Origin: Yuukianura sp. NJ FZ-2021
Taxonomy: Eukaryota
Assembly (NCBI GenBank): GCA_046563655.1
Contig: CM102289.1
Location: 4,836,001 to 4,900,000, forward strand
Direction of reading: 5' to 3'
DNA length: 64,000 nucleotides
In this document: piece after piece, positions 1 to 14,400 of the stretch
Numbering within the stretch: position 1 is the first letter of the stretch
Layout of the letters: the number at the start of each line of letters is the position of its first letter
The notes under the pieces: generated by a model
The model's input: the letters and a program-made list of their open reading frames with translations, nothing else
What the model was told of the DNA's origin: nothing
Databases searched by the model: none
Made by a program: the position numbers and the translations under genes

Positions 1-808
1 CATCAATGTCTTCCGTATCTCCGAATAATAGCAATGCGTCTGTATTTGTTCGAGGGCGTTTCGACGGTACCGGTGGACGGATGTTATCTGGTATTCCATC
101 GGACAGAAATCAACACTTACGTTAACTCCAAATACCAACAATTGCTCAAAGAGGCTGAAAAGTTAAATAAAATTGGTGCTTTAAATTACTAACCTTTTTC
201 TAGTCTTTTGCTACTGTATCGATGCATAATTCCGAAGGTATACTCCAGTTCAGCGTTCTTCAGCCTCGTCGAAGAATACCTATTCGACTGGAATAGTTCG
301 AGAATCAAACAACTTAATTAATAAATCCTGGACAAACTTTGGAGGAGTGTTGGAGTCGACGAGTCGAGTACTTGTTCAACTCAACTTTAGTTAGGTACAA
401 ACCAACAAATACAAGTAACAATTCATTGAATGCTTGGGTAATAAAAATAAATCCCAGTTTCCCATTGCTTTGCTATTGATTCCTTTCCTTCATTCCTTTC
501 TTACTTTATTAACCGCCCTTGATTTGACATTCGCGGTTTCTTGCATTTGTTCATGATGGGTTTGGCAAGGGTGGCGTGAATGAGTTTACTAATCATTAAC
601 TTTCATAAATTCCATTTACTGACAACTATCTAAATCATATTATAGTTACAATTACCCAGTTAATAGTTGCAGAGATATTTAGAAATTTCCATAATTCATA
701 CCAAAAAATATTCCCCTTCAGTTCAATCAAGGTTCTGAGTAGCAATCTGCAACCATTTATTTGAAAAAGAATGTTTTGTGTTTGGATAATAAATTACTAA
801 AGAGGATT

Positions 809-2722
809 TCATAGTGGATCAAACTGAGAGCCTCGGAGCGTATGCATTTTAGAGGAAGAGATTCCTTCATCCTCGTTACTCATCGAAATTTTGGAAACGT
901 ACTCTGGATTTGTGGCCAGTTTCTCATTCATTTCGGCCAAACGCTTGTTCAGTTCAACACAGACATCAATCTAAAGGAAAACAAAAGGACATTAACAGCA
1001 ATAGAATCCAAAATGTTGCTCATATGAAACGGCCCAATGATGGAGTTACCTGATTTTCAATCTTGCGCATAACCGTTGCATTATTGTATTTTTCCTTGTT
1101 GTCCAGAAATACGACCATCCCATCCTTCTGATTGATCCTGGCGTAAATCTCTCCATCTTGAATCTGAGATTGTGTTGCGGGTGAAGTAAGTTACAAAGAG
1201 CATGTTAAATTCTAGATTGCGTCTTACCATGTATAGAATCAATTTCTCTGCCTGCAAAGCTCCGCCAGGGAGTTGAACTCTTGAAGCCAAGTCCACCAAG
1301 CTTAACGTCAGAAACGTTTTCGTCAATCGCTTAATATTCAGTTTCGTAAGAGCTGTTTTTACTTGCTTCACGAGTCCAGTGTTGATGTCCCTGGAATGAA
1401 AAAGAAGGTGCGGATTAAACATAATAACTTTACGAGTACTTACCTGAGATCACAGAACTATAGGTTCTTCTACTTGTTTTATGCATAGCATACTTACCTG
1501 CGAATGACTTCCATGTGACGATTAATAACGTTATGGAGTTCAGTCGGATTGTGCGTTTGAAAAGCTGTAGCTATCTCATTGTAAGCTACTGCGTTCGGCT
1601 TCAAAATTCTATGCAAACATGAAATTAAAAATCAATTAATCCGATTGGTAAACTCAAGATTTAGATATACATATTTTCAAGAATATAGTTTTTACCTATT
1701 TACTGTTTGAAGGGCACATTTGGGTGGTTGGGGAACTTCGCCGCAATTGCACAATGACAAAAGTACAAACTTTTTGTAAGCTTCAAGCATAATATAAGAA
1801 AGTGTAGCTGCTGGTACTCGGAGACATGCTTCAAAGAAGAACAGAGCCTCCTTGTACTTTCTGAGTGCTGCGTAGATCATTCCTCCATAATAGAAGTAAA
1901 GTAGCAACTGCTTCCCATCACTTCCCTTCATCTAACGTTGTTAAGTTAAAATTCGAAATTAAAACCCCAGACCGTTTTACTTTGTTAATTGGCATACTTT
2001 GGTTAATTGACTCACGTCTGAACTGAAGCTTTCAATATCGTCAATCAGAAATGGCAACGCTGCCCTAAACGCCAATGAATCCAGACAGACTTGCAGAAAA
2101 ATCGGATGGAGGCTGGTAACCTGCTTTGTGCTCGTTTGTAAGCCGCGAATGAGTGTTGATAGTGGTTGAATTATCAAGATTGACGCCTGTCGGGCTGAGA
2201 GAACGTCAGCAACCCTTTGGAATAAAGTTACCACTGAAACAAACAACAAAAAGAGTTAACTTTACGTTGATAGTTATATTCTTTTCGTTTTCACGCCATT
2301 TTAGTCCTTACAAATTGTAGGACACATGCGTAGCAAGTTGAAGTCGGCGTTGTTGATGAATGCTTTCAGAGGAGCCAAGTAAGACTCTGCATTACCCGCC
2401 ACGGGAAATTCGGGTGAAATAGCCTTAGCTGCAAAAAGGGTCAACGTTCCCAGAGTACATTCCGCTCGATGACTCAGCTGAGCAAGAGCGTTGTCTAGAA
2501 TAGCCCATTGTAACTTTGAAAGGCTATCAACGAACTTCGGCAAGTGCTCAATGTAGTCCTTTCCAGCCCCAGTGACAACGTTTCCTAAACAGAAAGAACG
2601 CTAATTCGTATACAATTGAACACATGAAATCCAAAACTGATTCGAGGTTATCCTTTACCCATACCTGCAGCATAAACGTCGCCGAAATTCCTTGCATTTT
2701 GAACGAAAGTCTCTATCGACAT
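809..2722 (-). CDS. CSN3: COP9 signalosome subunit 3 (multi-exon)
   Basis: Exons give MSIETFVQNARNF..., LLLYFYYGGMIYAALRKYKEALFFFE...IMLEAYKKFVL and GLVKQVKTALTKLNIKRLTKTFLTLSL (PCI domain). TGA at 809-811; GT-AG introns. Confidence 0.9.
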
Positions 2723-3883
2723 TTTGGTACCTGGAATAAAAACGATCCCGGTATTTTAAATATGGAGTTAGACTAACAATTTCCTCACTCGAAGTGAGCC
2801 ACTTCTCCATTCATAAATTATTTTGATGTTGTTACCAAATTCGGGCGCAGGATAAAGAATTATTGAGAATAAAGCCTTAGGAAATTATTGATGACAAAGC
2901 TTCTTCCAATGAATGTGAATTTACGACTGCCCAGGACTCACCGCTAGCAGTACTACTCGATCGCTTTCCTCAAGATTTGTGAACGCAATTCGAAAAATCT
3001 TGCAGTTGCATTCACAATGTAATACCAACCTATGGTAGTAAGTTAACGAAGACACTCTCTCACTTTGTCAGTTTAGAAAAAGACAATTTGAGGGCCAGAC
3101 TAAAACTCTGGTACACCTTTTTGCAGAACATAGCAGACAGAAATATCGCATTCCTAATCCTGAGACAACTCAGACTTTAATCTTTGAAGATTCCGGGCTG
3201 AAAATTCTGGGGAAAAAGCGAAAATTCTCACCCTGCGTCCGCAGTCTTCTAAGATTAGTCATTCATTTCACTATGTGTAGTTACTCTCACTTACATATAT
3301 CAGGGTCTCACTAAAGATTGGACTGCGGATTCGTCGGATTTTAGCGCACTTCAAAGAACTTACGCACGCACAGAATGTGTAAAACGGTAATTACAACGTT
3401 ATTTGAGCCTTTAACAACCTAACCTAACAAAACAAAAGAAAGAACTATTTTGAGAAAAAAAAATTAACATATTCCCTAGTGGTGAAATTGCAATTTTCCA
3501 AATTTTCTATAAATTCGTAACTTTTGAATGGGCCAAAAAAATATTTTTTTTTCGTAGTCAGAGGTCAGAGGGTAAAAATAAATACAAAAATCGGAGTACT
3601 AAAACTAAATTTTTACCCCAACGCTTATAAACGAAATATAATTTTTACCAGTGTTCCGAAGTGAATTAAAACAGTTGCTTTATGCTTTATTGCTTGATTT
3701 TGCTTTTAAAGCAAATATTATCTGACTCCTTTAGTTGTGTCCATATTAAGTTGGTGTAAACTCTAACGTATACGTATGGTACACATACGTAAGACATACA
3801 TGTATATGAACTTCGCACCTGGCAAGATGCAAGAAGGCTGACGAACTCCCATGGCTTTTATTTGATAAGAAAAGAATTCCACA

Positions 3884-4567
3884 TTACATTACATTGTGTA
3901 TTCCCAATCTAAAGATATCATGTTGACAGAAATATGCTCCATCGGGAGACTGACGCAAAACGAACGTTTGTGAGAAAGTGTGTGGTGGGTCATCATCCGT
4001 CTGTAATCATAAAAAGTTAACGGCGTCAAAATTAATAAATCTTAATAGGGCCTTGGACGAGAATTCTTCCTAAGTTTTCTACTGGAAACTGCAAACTAAT
4101 TTCTTAGTACCTTGAGTTGACCAATAACATTGATAAGAATTCCGCCATCGAACATAGGTTGACAATCTACTGCTGTTACCAAGTGTTGAATGTTCTGGAA
4201 CGTGAGCGACTGTTTGAAGGAAAAGAACAAAAACAAATTATGAAACTTGAGTTCAGAAAACAATTTGGTGGCAGGGAGTAATAAGGATCAACATACCCCA
4301 AATTTCTCCAGGATTTTGGCACCGCCTTGGCATTGTTGCCCTTCGAATGACATCAACGAATCCGTTGGCTTTGAAATGAGTATTACACATGAGTTTAAAT
4401 CAGTTGAAAACAAATTATTAATTCACAAGTTTAAATGACACAATCTTTCTTACGTGATAGAGGGCCAGGAGATTCTGTCTATTCACGGGGTCATCAAATC
4501 TCGCATAGTACTGCTGGGTGAAGGACTTGCCAATGGCTTCGTACTGTGGGTTGAACTGCGTTGCCAT
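3884..4567 (-). CDS. Ntf2: Nuclear transport factor 2 (4 coding exons; not in ORF track)
   Basis: Manual splice: MATQFNPQYEAIGKSFTQQYYARFDDPVNRQNLLALYH|PTDSLMSFEGQQCQGGAKILEKFG|SLTFQNIQHLVTAVDCQPMFDGGILINVIGQLK|TDDDPPHTFSQTFVLRQSPDGAYFCQHDIFRLGIHNVM*. Confidence 0.93.
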
Positions 4568-6330
4568 GGTTTCGTAGCCCTTCTTATAGATTCTAAACTA
4601 GAAGATTCTAAATTAGCAATCGCCGAAAACACAGATGACTCAAATCGTCAACGGAATTTGGACCTTGACAGTGGGGATACACTAATCCTATGAAAACTCG
4701 TCACGAACGTTGTGGACACATGTGCATACACTAAAACTCTGACTTCGCCGCGACTGAGCTCAATACTAAATTGTGAGTGTAGACGGTTGAACGGGAGTAG
4801 CAGTTGAATAGATTTTATAATGGACAAAGGAAACAATACGTATTAATAATTATTACGTCATTAGTTAATGATTAATGCCCAATAAGCTCAGCCAAAGTTT
4901 AATCAATTCAAATTACAGTTATATGTAGACCGCCTCGCCTTGCAATTTTTTCCGTTTGAATAAGTCAGAAACTGACTCTCGCATATCCCTGCTAATTCAA
5001 TTCAATTGTACGAAGTCGATAATTCAAAATCAGTGGATTCAGAGGATTGGTGCTCCTACACTATCTTTCGTACACGTGTTTCTTTCTTTCTTTTCGTTCT
5101 TGTTTGTGTAGGGACATTGTTTATCATGGTTTGCATATTTTATAATTACTAAAACTAAATGAGTGATTTAGTGGAATACAAGGCCACAATGAGTTCGTAT
5201 GATAGACATTGCATTCAGTGGATAAGTGGTTCCAGAAGCATTGACATAAGACATCGTACTCTTGGCAATGGCATTGGCAATAATTTCAACCGAACTTCGC
5301 GTTCCCAGTTTCAACGGTGGTTACAAGCTTCCGCAGGTTGGTTGCTGGTTATTTTCGTGGTTTCACATTGCTGATGGCATGATCATCCAAATGAAATTTT
5401 CTTAGTTTAATTAAATACTTGGCTAAGATTAGATCATGCAGCGCTTGATTTTAATATGTGGTTCCAGAGGCCACGTCTCATACTACAGTAAAATACCTTC
5501 AACCATTCGGGTTACCCTAAAGGGCGGCCAGCGGCTTCGATAGATGCCGGTCTGGTTGCCCATGCCCATATGAAGTGAAGACAATGACAAGTAGTATAAA
5601 ATAAAAAAAAAATTTTTGGATTGGCTCGTGCATTCGCTTGCAAACGTAAACGTGAGACTCCATTGACGCTGTACTTCCTCACTTTTTTTTCTGGAATCCA
5701 ATCCAACACTCCTAACTTGAACCTAAGGCTAGGAACTTCCGGCGAGTTGTTTAAAAAAAAATAGATACAACAATAAATTTGTTGAATTCGAGGCGGGGCT
5801 GTGGTAAATGGAGTCAAACTCCAGCTTGTAAAGCTGCTTTAAGTGTTTGCTGATATATAAGTCCATAAGTCCGATGAAGCCGAATCCGAATCCACCATTT
5901 ATTGGACTGAATACCTTTTATATGAATGAGTTATTTTCTGTAATTCTCAGTAGTGACTTTCTAGAAATATCCACACTGGCGACTTAAGTCGGTTTGTGCG
6001 GTTTTGTTATATGTGGTCTGTTTTCCATAGGTTGTCGGCTTTATTAGTTTGTGGTGGTACGACGCTATTAAAAGTGTCAATGAATAGCAGTGGCCTGCCA
6101 CTGACACGGATGTTGTCTTTATTTTCTGATCTTTGGACTGTGATGACGAGTCAGTTTTCGCTAGAAGAAAGTCGTAAGCTGACCATGTTCAGAGATAATG
6201 GTCGCGTCTAACCTCCACAATCCAAACCAAAAATGATTCAGAAGGTTGCTGGCTTTTTCCAAGCAAACATCTTATCGAAACTCTCTGCTGAAGTGTCTTT
6301 TAAAAATACATTTTGAACCTAAATGAAAAC

Positions 6331-8792
6331 ATGTGCCCTGAAGTGCCCATGCCCAGTGTAATAAGTACCCGAAAACGGAAAAGAACGTTACCATCGTCAC
6401 GGATTTCTAATTTTAGCGATGCAGCAGATTCGCAAGCGTATTTTCGTGTCATTGAAGCAGAGACTGATCAGCCAGTGAAGTTGAAGCGAAAAATAGCACA
6501 TAAGGGAGCCAAATTTTGCTCAAAGCGCAGCGCCCCCTCCGAAGGATATTCGCAATACTTTTTCCGATTTTTAATGAAAGTGCTCAGAATTTCACTTTCA
6601 CTGAACTTCATGCGGGGTTACGCTTGGTGGTCGAACATGGCTGGTTGGCGACATGTCTCTAAGCGAGAAGTCCTGCTCCGACTTCCCACGATTTGCAAAA
6701 AGTCTTTTCATTATTACAGTTTACGAATTTCGACTTCTCGAACAGCCAAGTTCTTTTTAAAAATTAGACGCTATGAACAGGGTAAGTAAGGATAATTAAG
6801 AAGTATACTGTAGTCGTTGCTCGGTTAAACTTTAAATCGTTAAATTTGTGTTAAATGATGTAATTTCAACTGTACAACAGAATTACATACCGAAGCACTG
6901 AACTCACTAACATAATTTATTTAAATTTTTGCAGGTTCCACTAATAGCTGGTATCGGAATCAAAGTACAACGACTAATTCAAGTTCTTCTAAATTCAATG
7001 GAAGCTCATCATCCAAGCTCAAGATCCCATTTTATAGTTACTTCCGCTCTTTGAAGTGGTTCCCAATACCACTTTCAGTTGGATTCGCACTTGTAGCGTA
7101 TCAACACTATGGTCGGGTTCTGCGTCGTGCCAAAGCGGGTCAGAAGACTACGCAAGAAGAGTCAATTAACCAAGACTGGGAAGTAAGAATCCATTTCATA
7201 CGAGATTTATTCAAATTTTTTGCGCTATGGTTTTTATAATGGTCTGGTCATAATTCTCATATTTTATTCTACAGATCACTTGTTACCGTAAAATTCCTTG
7301 GAATTCGTTTTCCAGAGCTTGGGGTTGGATAAACGACTTCACTCTACCTCATTGGACTCGTCGCTACGTACTTGGATGGTACTGATTTTTAAATAGATTT
7401 TTTTTTAACTTTATAGAAATACTGAAGTTTTCTGTTTCGAAGAGGAGATTACTGTTAGTGGTAGTTTTAATTTTGATTTACTGATGTAGGTACGCCACTG
7501 CCTTTCACTGTGACCTTGGTGAAGCTGAAACTGATGACTTGAGAGCCTACAGAAACTTAGGGGAATTTTTCAGACGTAGTCTGAAGGATGGAATGAGGCC
7601 CATACATGTCCAAAGTCCAATTGTAATTCAGTTCATAACTAAACAGAAGTTGACCTAAAAACAGTGTTTTTTTAAATAATGGATTTATCTAATCGTTGTT
7701 TTCCTTTTCTTCAAAATACTTTAGGTTTCTCCAGCTGACGGTACAGTTCTTCATGTTGGCAGAGTAAGCTGTGGTGTGATTGAGCAAGTAAAAGGAATAA
7801 GATATTCCCTCCAGACTTTTCTTGGTCCCCACCACAGATCAATGATGGTAGCCGAAGAGTCATCGAAGCCCTCGTGTCCGAGTGATGACAGTTACGTATA
7901 CTGTTCCCGGTTACTCAAAAATCCAACGAATGGTTTGTTCTACTGCGTAGTCTACTTGGCACCAGGAGATTATCACAGATTCCATTCTCCGGTTGACTGG
8001 CAAATCCGTTTTAGACGACACTTCACCGGTATGCAGCTTTTTCGTATTTTTCTAGGTTCTGCGCACAGTACAACCTCCCTTTTAGCAACTTTCCTCTGAT
8101 TGGTTGGTTGGGACGAGAATACCGTAAACTCTGTAATTCACGGCTACCTGAGACCAAGCTTGATCATTTGATTTGAATATAAACTTAAGATTTATCCAAA
8201 GGCTTTGTTACGGCTTTGAGTTAAGTTGCAAAACGAGGGGTTGTCCTGTAATTTAGTTTTTCCATTTGCTACTTATTATGATTCTGATTTACAACAATAC
8301 AGTATTTGTTTTTTGTTATAGGCGAGCTACTTAGCGTCAATCCTTCCATAGCCAACTGGATTGGCGGTCTCTTTAGTTTAAACGAGAGAGCAGTGTACAC
8401 TGGAGAGTGGAAACACGGGTTCTTTTCAATGACTGCAGTAGGTGCTACCAATGTTGGCTCAATCAGAGTTTACGATGACCCGGTAACTACTTATTCAAAG
8501 AGAAAATTTTGTGAAACGGTGCAATCAAAATAATTTGTGTTTCTATTCCTAGTCACTCCAAACCAATATCAGAGGCCTGCAAAAGAATTCCCAGGTTGAG
8601 CAAGTTTTTGGAGAACCGATAACTCTAAGAAAAGGCGACTGTTTTGGTGAATTCAATTTGGGATCGACAATTGTGATTATATTTGAAGCGCCGAATGACT
8701 TTAAGTTTTCCTTGCAACAAAATCAACGTGTCAAGGTTGGCCAAGCCTTCATGGACATTGGCAACGACGCAGATGCGAAAGCCACTTCCTAA
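6331..8792 (+). CDS. Pisd: Phosphatidylserine decarboxylase proenzyme (start uncertain)
   Basis: [56 protein letters not shown] and the [10 protein letters not shown] (LGST self-cleavage) motifs. TAA at 8790-8792. Confidence 0.92.
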
Positions 8793-8976
8793 AACGATGC
8801 TCAAATGTGCCTTCGCGAGACTCAACCTTGAAACCTTTGTCGTTCTAACGGAAATCGCTAATTCTTGGAACAAGATCGCACATTAAACTATCAACGTAAA
8901 CTATAAATGTTATGATCGGTATCTCATTATCTCATTTGACATCAAAATGTTTATTATTCTTCATTCAATTTGCTTG

Positions 8977-10573
8977 TCAGTTGAAAAGGGAAGAAAAGAA
9001 CACAGTTCGTTTAGTTTTGTAACATTTTCGTACGTTCCATTGTTTCGACAGAAGTTGACGCAGGAGTTGCCTCCCCTTCTTCCCGTAGTAAGCCTTGTTT
9101 TCTTTGTCGGAAATTAAGGTTCTCGGAACGTGAAGTCCACCGTGTCGTTGACCGTTTTGGTCTTTCGCAATCAGTGTACCATGCTCATCGACTGTCCTGC
9201 TGAGTTGCATACTATTGATCATCACATAGTCGAAGATTTGCTGTAACAACAGAAATTTGAATTTTTTTTATAATTTCAATTTGAGACAAGGACAGAACAA
9301 GTGAAAATTGAGTGTGTTTGAACGAACCCGAACATTTTTCTGCGTCACAGCCGAACATTCAATGTAGTTTTTAGCCCCGATTTTTCCACTGAGACGAATT
9401 GCCCTTGATTCTGACACCGGTGATTTTCCATCTTTAGATAACTTCAGCAACACCTTTTACGAAACAAAAACAAAGTTATTTCAGAAAATATGAAGAATAG
9501 AATATGATAAGAGTGCCAGTTCTTCTGCTACGTTTCGTGTATTCTTCTATTTTATAACTTACGGTTGTGTTTGAGCGTAGATCTGACTGTGTCCCAACGA
9601 GGAACAGGGAGATCGCTTGGTGATCTGTATGACGCTGGATTTCGGGAAGCCATTTTCTCATCACAGACTGGAAGGATGATGGAATCACAACACTGAAGCA
9701 CAGAATGAAGACATTGGCCTCATTGTAGCACAGGGGTCGCAGTCTGTCTAATTCTTTCTAAAAAAAAATAAAAGATTGAATTAACGATAAGATCAATGTT
9801 ATGATTTAACGTTGAGTTAGCGGTTGAAGTAAACTGTAGTGATTGTCGTTGTCGCCGTACAGTGTTGCCACTCAGCGGCTACATTTATACATTCAACCTA
9901 TAAAGTTTAAGTTGGGTTTTTTCATGCCAATCAAACCTCAACCTCACCGAACATAATTTAGTTGCCATCGTGGCGTAGCCACGCACTGTAGCCACAAAAA
10001 AATTGCCGCATTGCCAACACTGTGTGGCTACAACAACAATCGTTTTAAGCAAGGTCTGTGGAGGAGGTTTTCTTAACGGAAAACAAACAAAACAACAATT
10101 TTCCGTTGTCAAGGAACCTTGGTTTTAAGTTTACTTCTGTTGAATTTTCCATTGACTTTTACCTGTCCACCGGTGTCTATGATTTTGAGAACGATTCTGT
10201 GCTGGCGTCCACAAGCGTCCTTCACCAGTCTCTCCGCTACAAATTATTTAAAATTTCAAAAGTTAAATTATTTTCTAAGACATCTTTTAAAAAAATGGCT
10301 GCGGTAAATATTCATCTGCTTACCACTGTAGTCCTCTCGTGTAGTGGGTTCATACGTCTGTGGAAATCCGCCGCTAGGTGCAATGTAGGTTTTTGCAATG
10401 CAAGATTTGCCAATTTGTTCGTCTCCCAAAACTACGCAGTTGATATCCACAACTTGATCGTTGTCGATTTGAAATGATGGGGACTGAGGAGGGGTTGGAA
10501 GAGTATTTGGCAGAGACACGTCCTGCAATTGATTCTCAACTGGAATATTGACCTCGTTGACCCTTGGGGACAT
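8977..10573 (-). CDS. Atypical Rho-family GTPase, RhoU/Cdc42-like
   Basis: Pro-rich N-terminal extension; CVVLGDEQIGKS, YEPT, IIDTGGQ, LDRLRPLCY, GTQSDLR and YIECSAVTQKNV across five or more exons. Confidence 0.82.
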
Positions 10574-11494
10574 TCCGAATGCCAAAGTATAGGAAACAAA
10601 AACCTCCAATTGAAAAAATGGAGTCACTTTCAAAACATTAACATTTGAAATTGTAAGTTATAAGTTAGTTGGTACTTTCCATTTAAGGATACAACAATAT
10701 ATTAGTGTTTTGTTGTAAGAAAAGTTATAAAGCGCTATAATATTTTATGATTGAAAATAAAATAAAAGGGGAATAAAGCAAAAAAGCAGTGGTCAGCCAG
10801 TCGGCCTGTTCGGATCAACAGCTAGAAGCCAACTGACTTTTCCGTCATCCTCATGGTCCATGGTCCATCATGGTCCATGATCTAGGATTCATGGATGGAT
10901 GTAAACTTTCAGTGCAGTACTTGGTTGGTTAATGGTTATGCTTTAGGGGTAAGTTTAGTCGCTAGAAAGTCCGAGTCCAGTGGCAGACTAATAAGCAAAT
11001 CCAAGATAGAGTTTTACCTGTCCTGAGTAATTCAATTAGGAATTATCGTAATTCCCAAGGTTATGTGAATCTTATTCAAGTAATAAGTCGAAAAGCTTGT
11101 ATTCATCCAACAGTGTCACATATTTTAGCTTCACATAAAGTTCCATACACAATGTAAGATCATGTGTACGAGCAGTACAGTAAGTTGTTGCTTTCTAAAG
11201 ATACCGCTACGGCTTTAGACGTAGTATGTTCATCACTCACGTGATTAAAGCATGGCCGAATTAGTGATTTAATCCTACAGAACTAAAGCTAAAGGTTGAT
11301 TGCAGCAAGTTAAATCTTAAATCGATTAAACTGATAGTTGTGTTGATGCTTGTTCAATTGGCATGAGTGATTGATTGCGTTCGGCTTCTTTTTAAAAAGA
11401 CTTCAGAAATTAAATTGTTAAAAAAATGTAAGGCAAAAGAATAAAGAAATTATTAGAATAATAAAAACTGAATTTTGGGAAATTATAATTTAGT

Positions 11495-14400
11495 TCAGTT
11501 AGTAATATTTCGAGGTGTGACGATGCAGTAGAATGGTTTGGCTGTGTTGGTTATTCCAGGATCAGGGACAATGGATAGTAGAGGGTTGACTGGTGAGCGG
11601 CTGAACGTGTAGCGTTGCAACAACGCACATATAAACGTGAAAAATATCACTTTCGCCATGGGATACCCAGGGCAATGTCGTTTTCCTAAACAATAAAGAA
11701 ATTGTACAAATACTTTTAAAAATGTCCAGTATATATAATTATTTGTGCAAAATTAACTTTTCAAAACTGTTAGTCATATTATCAAATAAAACTATGAAAA
11801 ATTTGCATACTTCAATTGATAATAGTATTACCTCCGCCAAATGGGAATATTTTCTCAGCGTTGACAATTTCGTTGTTTTCATTCAGAAATCGTTCTGGAC
11901 GAAAAACTTTAGGGTCTCCCCAAATTTCTTCGCTCATTTGCACTACAGTAAAATTTAGGCCGCATAGAGTTCCCTATTTTAAAGTTTACAAAAAAAAAAT
12001 CAAAAATCAAGTTCATTGCTATAATGACAGTAGAAATACGAATATTGTTATTGTGAAATAAAATTAATTAATCAGCTATAACTAAAATTAACACAATAAG
12101 TAGCAAAAGCTACTTTAAGTTCGGATCATGTCTGTCTGTCTGCCCGAATCAATTATTTCAGAAACTAATGCCCGGTTTCATTTTGGTTTTCACTGATCGC
12201 CATGTCACGACCCGGACTACATGATGTAGTCTACATCATATTGAGTATGGTCCCGGTAGCTCAACTCCTTTCGGGTCAAAGGTCAAGGTCCACTGGTTCT
12301 ATCTCGATAACATGAAAACTGACTTGCCCCGCACGCAGGACTTTCTAGTTACGTTCAGATTGTTTCAGAAAACTGCCTGCCTTATTGCTGAGCTATTATT
12401 TGCCTTATTGCTGAGCTATTATTATTATGTGTGGTTTACAACCGGTTCATTGTAATAAAGAAATACTTTAAATATCTTAATATCATTAAACTTATTATAA
12501 TTTAGGAAAAAACATTAGTGTTTAAGCACCTGTTTTACGTTGTAATTCCCAATTTTAGTATCGCGGGAAGCCGTTCTTCCATTCACGGGAACAATGCAAG
12601 CAATGCTAAATTATTTTTAATCAAATCCAAAATTCAATTAAATTTCATAGATTTTGTTTGATGCATCGCACGTTGTTAATTTTTTGAATTTTATGCATTT
12701 GTGAGAGTAGTAAGGTCATCATTTGATTCGTAATCTCACCGTAAAACCTCCAGCATAACTGCTTCGGTATACCGTAATCTAGTGACAATGTTTTTTAAAA
12801 ATCTTTTCTCCAAAATTTTAGTTAAAAAAAAGTTGTTAAAAAAGCTCACTTTGTTCTGTCTCTTATGCTTGGCGTGCGTTCAGCGCCCAGAACTGCATCA
12901 ATTTCCTGTTGAACCTTCTCCTGTACGTGTGGAAACTTAGTTATATACAGAATTGCAAATTCCAAGGAGTTTGACGTTGTGTCCAATCCGCTAAATCGTA
13001 AATTTCATAAAGTAAAAAACGTTTTCCAAATTGTACACATTGTTTATGGGGAACTTACATGTTTACGTACATGGTTACTTACGTTTTTATGAAATTACGT
13101 GTTAGGGAAATTACTTGCTTAGGGAATTCATGTTTATCAAATCTCATGTTAACTTTTGAAATTACCCAAACAGCAAATCGATGCAAGTGACTTGAAGTTG
13201 TTCATCTGTGAATAGTGTATGTGGATTCGGTTTTTCTTCGTCAATTTTTTTGAGAAAAACGTCAATGAAATCATTTTGAACGTGTTTGTAAGCCTCTCCT
13301 TTTTTTCGTTGTGCAACAATAGCCTAAATCAAGAAAGTGACAATAAAAACGTAAAAAATTAAAAGACAATTCCACAATTTTTCACGCTCTTTTGTAGATT
13401 ACATTCAAATAATCGTAGCAAATACGAAGGCTGGGGCGCTTCGCTTTCAACGGCGAGCATCCTGGAATGTAGCGCAAAATCGGAAATGCATACTCTGGAT
13501 CTACACCTTTTTGCACGAACAGAAAAAAAAAGTTGACAGTTAGCACCAGTAACATATGGTAAAATACAGAAATGCAATTTTGAGTTGTTTTTGAATTATC
13601 AAAAATCCGACTGACATATAAAATTAGGACAATTGAACGGGCAAGTCCCAGCAAGCATCCGCAGCAACTTAAATTTTGATAAATAAGGTAATTGGTAAGT
13701 CAGTTAACCAACAATTAGTTACCAACGTTGATGCGTGTAATGTCTTCAACGGCATGAATGAGCTGTTCAATTTTGGGGTCATACTGTTCGAAGCGACTTC
13801 CAGCGACAATTTGCCATAAAACATTGAAAGTGGATACTTTAAATCTGTGTTGCATAAAAACTTGGTTCGGATACGCTGACGCTAGTCGTTCTGCGTCAAG
13901 ACTTTTAAATAATTCTGTCAGTTCATTTTCAATCAAGGCCTCAGATGTACGTAACTGTCCATATCCAAGACCCGCAAGACCTTGTGCAACGAACTTTCGC
14001 ATTTGCCGATGACTTTCTCCACTGCTCCAAACCAAACCTATAAGAATACATAGCAAATTCAAAAACGTAAAAAAAATTCTTTATATTTCGTTTTATTTAA
14101 CTAAAACTAATCTACATTATACTACCGCGTTGTTCAGCGAAAGTTCAGCATGGGTTGAGGTCAAGGGTTAGATTGGGTGCTTTGATCTTAACATGAAAAG
14201 TCTAAACTCTGATTAGCAGGTCTGCAAAAAATATTTTCTTAAATATTAAATATTTTTATATTTGAAAAAAATATTCCGCCATTTTAAAAAATATAAATAT
14301 TTTTCTAAATTTTTGGCTGTTTTTGAAAAATAATCAATATTTTTGTAAATATTTCGCCATTTTAGTGTTTTTCAAACCAAAATTTTGGTATATTGGTGAT

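Noticed and set aside
1..300. 5' end of a minus-strand gene running off the window
   Set aside because: Splice-like signals are present but the sequence is too short to identify or to fix a frame.
5159..5900. Short ORFs between NTF2 and PISD
   Set aside because: No coherent spliced frame or motif; probably UTR, promoter or non-coding sequence.
9859..10023. MITE with CAGTGTTG...CAACACTG ends in the Rho intron
   Set aside because: Inverted ends are visible but there is no TSD and the boundaries are unclear; at most an old relic.
11630..11660. Apparent frameshift after the P450 heme Cys
   Set aside because: Recounting the A run (5 nt) gives the in-frame MAKVIFFTFICALLQRYTF; the gene appears intact here.
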